Assembly (NCBI GenBank): GCA_020536535.1
Contig: JAHLWZ010000158.1
Span: forward strand, 1,206-65,205
Reading direction: 5' to 3'
Source: Pelomyxa schiedti
Lineage: Eukaryota > Protista > Evosea
DNA length: 64,000 nucleotides
Shown here: one piece after another, positions 59,001 to 64,000 of the stretch
How the letters are laid out: every line of letters starts with the position of its first letter
Numbering within the stretch: position 1 is the first letter of the stretch
Made by a program: the position numbers and the translations under genes
Notes under the pieces: generated by a model
The model's input: the letters and a program-made list of their open reading frames with translations, nothing else
What the model was told of the DNA's origin: nothing
Databases searched by the model: none

Positions 59001-59627
59001 CTTGCTTCCCTCGGTTTAGGTAGTGGAAATCAAACATAAACTCAAAGTCGGGAAGATAGAGCAAAAGCTTGTTTCGTATCAAGTTAGCCTTTTTCACTTT
59101 GCTACAAGAAACTCACTTCAAGGTAGGACCCGATACTACCCTCTGCGAAGGTTCGTCTCCCACTTCCTTTGTGCAACCTGAAGCTATCTAAATGAACCCA
59201 GTTGAGTCAACCACAAAGAAGTTGGGTCTACGATGGTTCTCTGAAGGTAAAAACTAACACAGAGAAGAAACCCCGAGATAGATGGGTGTTTTTGTTCTCA
59301 GATCTTCTCCTGGAAACCAAAGTTCTGAAAAAAAGCAATCCCGGTAAGTAAGCCAAACAGCGTCTTGCACTAATTCACCTCATTCTTTTCGTTCTTTGCA
59401 ACTGCACAGATGACAGCAAGTATGAATGCAAACACTGTGTAATGCTATCAACTCTAGACCTCAAAGACACCACCAACACAAACGAGTTCACCCTTACCAC
59501 AAGTGGCAAGGGCTCTTCCACAAGCATCACCTTTGCCTTCCTGTGTAATACCACATCAGATAAGGAAGTGTGGCTCAATTCACTAAATGGTGCATTGGCC
59601 CTTGTTCAATCAAAGAGATCACTGTAA
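56009..59627 (+). CDS. Coiled-coil + DH (RhoGEF)-like + PH protein
   Basis: Long heptad exons; LVNELI..EDTFIRQL, AYRTYYTSY, LLRLPLSRISEY; PH WVFLFSDLLL and DKEVWLNSL. Confidence 0.75.
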
Positions 59628-59714
59628 AAAAAAAAACAACAACAAAAAAAAATACAAAGGTAATAAATAGGATTTGTTATTTCTAAATCCCTTTTTTGCT
59701 TTTCTGTCAAATTA

Positions 59715-61188
59715 TTAGTGGGCTCGCCACCAAACACCCAATAAAAAGAGTGTCTCCACAGCACACCCAATGAGAATTGCTGAATGGTTTGTAAGCCAGA
59801 GTGGGGCTAGAGTACCATGTGAACAAGGATGGGTTTCAGAATCACTCGGGTGTGTGGTTGTACTGCTTGATTCTGCTGAAGAACAAGCTGTGTTTGTAGT
59901 TGCGGGTGTTGTGTTTGGAACCTCCGCAGCAGGTGGAACTTCTTGGGGTTCATGTTGGGAGGGTGTTGTGGTTTCTGTTCCGGTGCTCTCAGGAAGAATG
60001 GGTGCTGTTTCTACTACATCACATTTTGGCTTTTCTTCTTTTGCTGGCTCGGGTGGAGGTCCATCCAGCCGAACCCCAGTGATTTTGTCAACCCGAAACA
60101 TGAGGTGCGCACCGCGGCTGTGTGCGTAGAATGTTTTGTCTTTCTGTACCCATCTTGTTTTGATTTGTTATTCATAGTATCTTAATGCTAATCATACTTG
60201 GTTGGGGCAATCTGTCGCCAAGCTCCTGGCGTGGATCCTCCAGTGTAGCAAATCCAGAATGCTTTCCGGCTGTTAATTCCATTTTCAATATATGTAGCTG
60301 TGCTTGTTTCGCTTGTGTTTTGGGTGCACGAAGTCACAGATGAAGATGCTGCTACAGAGGAAGACACCTGAGGGTTGGACTTCGGTGGGTTTTCTGAGGG
60401 AGAGGTGCCACTAGGGGTGGTAGAAAAATGCTGTTCGAGGACGACAGTGGTACAACAATTCTTCAATACTTGTAGGGTCATACGAGCATCAGCTTCACCA
60501 CGGTGCTCTTCGTCACCCAGGTCAAAGTATTTTCCCAAGGTGTTCATTTTCATATTATCCACATGGGTACTGTAAACTTTAAATGAAGAAAGAGACCAAA
60601 ACAAGAATCACCTGAAAATTTTTCGTAGTAGAGGGAGTGTATCGATAACACCGATTGGCTGTGGAGGTTCTCGTTTCAATTTCTTAAATTCCTGCAGGTA
60701 TTGAGCCATCAGATGGGTTTGTACAAAGCACGTACATCAAATATGATTGGGTTGTCGAATTTCTCAATGTTATGGCCAGCCCATATCCTGCCATGAAGAA
60801 TAGTATAAATCCTATCAGCCACATCAGCGAAACTTGGCTGCCCCTGCAGCATTTCCTTTGTAATTTTGTTGCACTCTACACTCCTAGCAGTGACGTTGGG
60901 GGAAAACACTAGTGTTGAAAACGAGTCAACTTCGCGTAGTGTCTTCTTATTAACCACAACAGCTCCGAACTCTAGTACATCCCTTTCCTGGAAACGTTGA
61001 GGTGAAAGGGGAAAAAAAAAAAACAAAACAAAAAAAAACCATAAAAACTCCGCGGCGAGCAGGGAACGGAAAAGAAAACGCACTTTGTAGGTTGAAGAAG
61101 GAATGGTAGTCTCAAGATCGTAAAACGCAATTTCTTCGGCTTTCGTGTCGGCAAAAGACCAACTGCCACCCCCATCACCTCGGTCCAT
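59715..61188 (-). CDS. NEN-like DEDDh 3'-5' exonuclease + WYL-like domain + C-terminal hydrophobic tail
   Basis: ExoI FYDLETT, ExoII WAGHNIEKFD, ExoIII HRGEAD; WYL-like FWICYTGGSTPGAWRQIAPTK|W...FYAH...MFRVDKI; tail AILIGCAVETLFLLGVWWRAH*. Confidence 0.85.
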
Positions 61189-61342
61189 TTGTTTTCTTTT
61201 TTTTTTCAAACGACCTGGTAATAAAAATCTGTTATCTCCAAATAGAAATGAGCCCGTCGTTTCGTATTTTTTAATTTAGAATTCGGTTATTTTCCTGTAC
61301 AAATCAAACAAGGAGTGGCCCAGCAACAGAGGTGCATCACAA

Positions 61343-63201
61343 TCATAGTAACATAATAAGGATCATAGCGAGAGCAATGAGAGCAACGGCGGCGCGCGGC
61401 GCTGAACATGTCATGATCATCCCTTGTTCACATACATCGGGAGTGAAGCTCTGTTGCATGCATTCTGTGCAGTTGTCCCCGCAAAAGCCCACTTGGACTT
61501 GAGTGCCAACGCACGTGACGGTAAGAGAATAGCCGGCCTCGATGTAGGCACAGTCGTCACTGTACCACTCGAAGCCCATTAAAGAGTCTGCATTGCATGC
61601 CTCCATATCACTGTAGTACCAGATAACAACTCTTGAAACCCAATTAGACTCATATGCACAATGCTTGAGAGGGCAGAGGACCTACCCATAATCGGGTAGT
61701 ACAACATCGCTAAGAAGCATGCATTGATAATCGTAAAATAGTGGTGTGAAGTATTCACAGCTTTGACCTACACAGCCCAGTTCTGGGTACCCATAAAAAT
61801 AGGACTCACTTGTTGCGCAACCTTGCTCACAATTAAAACATCACTTAAGTCGTGAAAACGCACCATAATCATTATATGACTTCATCACTGTCCAATTCAT
61901 ACTGGATGATGTAGCACACTGGGAAAGATCCCACGTTAATTTCCGAATCAAGGAAACTGTGGGAATTACCCGAATAATTGTGTACAATTCGGAGTAGGGA
62001 TCGTATGTACATTTAAACGTTTCATCTACAAGGGAGTATGCGCATTTCTGGCAGTCTAGCCCGTCACACATTTCCCTTTGAACTTCACCACCAACACATT
62101 GGTAGGAGCCACTACGGGTGCGTTTTAAATTGTTGAAGCAAGTCTGTGAAAATCCGTCCCAAGCAACAACTTCTCCCTCACAGGTGCTAGAAGTATAGTG
62201 GTTGTAGACTACAAAGCTGAAAGAAATTACTCTAAGATAAATAAGACACAAGTTACCTTGTGGTGAAGTTCTCCGGGTAAGGTTTTTCATCCCAGCACTC
62301 AAAGGACTGTTGATTGGTTACGTCACAACCCAGGTCAACACAACTGCTAGAATAGTATATAGAAACAGATACGATATCTCCGCCACATTCTGTTCGCATT
62401 AAATTTGTCATGTTATGGTTCAGTTATAATACCATTTGCAGTTGTCGGGCTGTGCTCATATTTTACTTGCCACCCCTCTACCCTCACAACACCACAAGTC
62501 ACACTGTAGTATGCACCTATATCACTTGCATCTGCCTGACGGCACGCCCCACTTAAATAACCTATTGTTGTTTCCTCACACTCCCCTGTGGTGTCACAGT
62601 CTTCACAGGAAACAGAAATGACATTTCCAGTTTCGCCATCACATGCATAAAAACCATTGTTTGAGGTAGAAGAAATATCTCCGCAGGAAGACACAAGCAA
62701 TCTCCAACTATCTCGAGTACCCCCACAACCAGAGCTACTATAAAATTCAATCATTGTGTATAACCTTTTTTTGTAACAAAAAATCAGCCAAAAAAAAATA
62801 GAAATGGAAGTACTTACGTGGTGTCATAAAGTTCATCAAGAGGGTCATGGTCGTAGCACTCAAAATCTACTCCAGCACCATCACACGTGGAATTAACGCA
62901 AGATGTTGTGGTGTATCCCACAATTTGCACTGTTCTTCCCGTGCAATCTACTTACCACGTAAGAACTGTTTTTGGCTGCTCAAGGCAGAGGGGGAGGGAG
63001 GAAAAAAAAAAACCCAATCTACCTGAAGAGGAGTGGTGTCTCTCCACCTGCCAGCCTGAACAGTAAACACGAGTGAGTTTTGACATTACAACCAAAGAAA
63101 ATTGTGGGTGGCGCGGCAGCCATACCGTCCAAAGCGCGGCCAGTCGCAAACAGCCCTGCGACGACAAACAACGACAAAACCACCGTGCGCGATCCCAGCA
63201 T
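61343..63201 (-). CDS. Cys-rich secreted repeat protein, probably GPI-anchored
   Basis: Signal peptide MLGSRTVVLSLFVVAGLFATGRA; repeated Y-x-x-x-x-C-x-G modules; C-terminal SAPRAAVALIALAMILIMLL*. Confidence 0.7.
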
Positions 63202-63379
63202 GTTGTGAAATAACTTTTTCGTGTCGCTTCTTGGAAACACGCCGAAACGAAGTGAATCTCTAGCAGAATTGGCAAATTCTGATATGGTGGTTTTGATGTT
63301 CTCGGTGCGCAGCTGATCAGATGGCTGCTGCCACGCATGTATCGCCGATGATGACGATTACTATGGACACAATGAACGC

Positions 63380-64000
63380 TTTTACTCTTTTGAAAGTGGT
63401 TCAACAAGCACTCTGCCGTCTTGTTTGATGCTGAGATACTATCCATCATGATGGTGAATGGGCCCTCTCCTGGCGGGCCCTGGCTTTGTGTCCTTAATGA
63501 GTGCCCCACACAATCGCCGCCTCTAGCTCGCGCACGGTGTCGTACTTCTTTTCGTGGGGGGCGTTCTGTCTTTCGCATTCCTTTGTACCAGTGCGGGCAT
63601 CCGTGTGAATTTCCAGCCTGCACTCCGAGCCGTACGCAATCAGGGTGCTCAAGCAGTAATTTTTCGGCAATCGGGTGCAGCACAAACCTTGCTTAGTAAT
63701 TCACCATGTTTCCAACTCCCCAGCCCATTGCCTCGGTTTCGGCCAGCCAGTGAGTACCTTGATTCTGCCCTCGTCCATTTGCACCCTTCTCAGACACCAT
63801 GTGACCCAACTAGCTGACTTCGCGGTTGACCAAGCTACATTTCAGCGCACGTGCTCTCAGGTTCGCCCCTCTCAGCCGCGTGTACACGGCTCTCAGGTTT
63901 TCCAAGTGCTCCTCAAACGTGTGCCCCATCACGATGATGTCGTCAATGTATACAGTGCATGCCTTCCCTGGGAGGGCTGCCAAACAACGCTCCGTGAGTT
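63380..64000 (-). mobile_element. Degenerate Ty3/gypsy LTR-retrotransposon pol fragment (RT-RNase H), truncated by the window edge
   Basis: CTVYIDDIIVMGHTFEEHLENL, EVS*LGH (stop in the YLGH motif), LEIHTDA, EKKYDTVRELEAAIVWG, GPFTIMMD; frameshifts present. Confidence 0.9.

Overview
Gene-dense, intron-rich eukaryotic (protist) DNA with a standard genetic code and mostly 40-70 nt GT-AG introns. It is probably an amoebozoan; the 'QLxALxMASHxRCGAxSPAR' family recalls Pelomyxa, but that is an unverified inference. 0.7-5.6 kb holds nested non-autonomous DNA transposons: a TA-flanked long-TIR element carrying an ATT-flanked 97-bp-TIR element, plus a second copy next to a 100-N gap. 5.6-15.2 kb is a block of divergent genes: two motif-family paralogs and a relic, an ART-like/E2 fusion, atypical Rab-like and Rho-like GTPases, a kinase and an F-box-like protein. 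15-63 kb holds mostly conserved multi-exon genes: FYVE-like/alpha-beta hydrolase, EamA transporter, Serinc, G-alpha, PTB/hnRNP-L-like, Cache-like/PDE, RCC1-DH-RasGEF, a ZZ-finger carboxylic-acid-reductase-like A-T-R enzyme, a type I membrane protein, ATR, DH-PH, a NEN-like DEDDh exonuclease-WYL with a tail anchor, and a GPI-type Cys-rich protein. A degenerate Ty3/gypsy pol sits at the right edge. Gene boundaries and splice sites were read by eye; CDS features give whole gene spans including introns.
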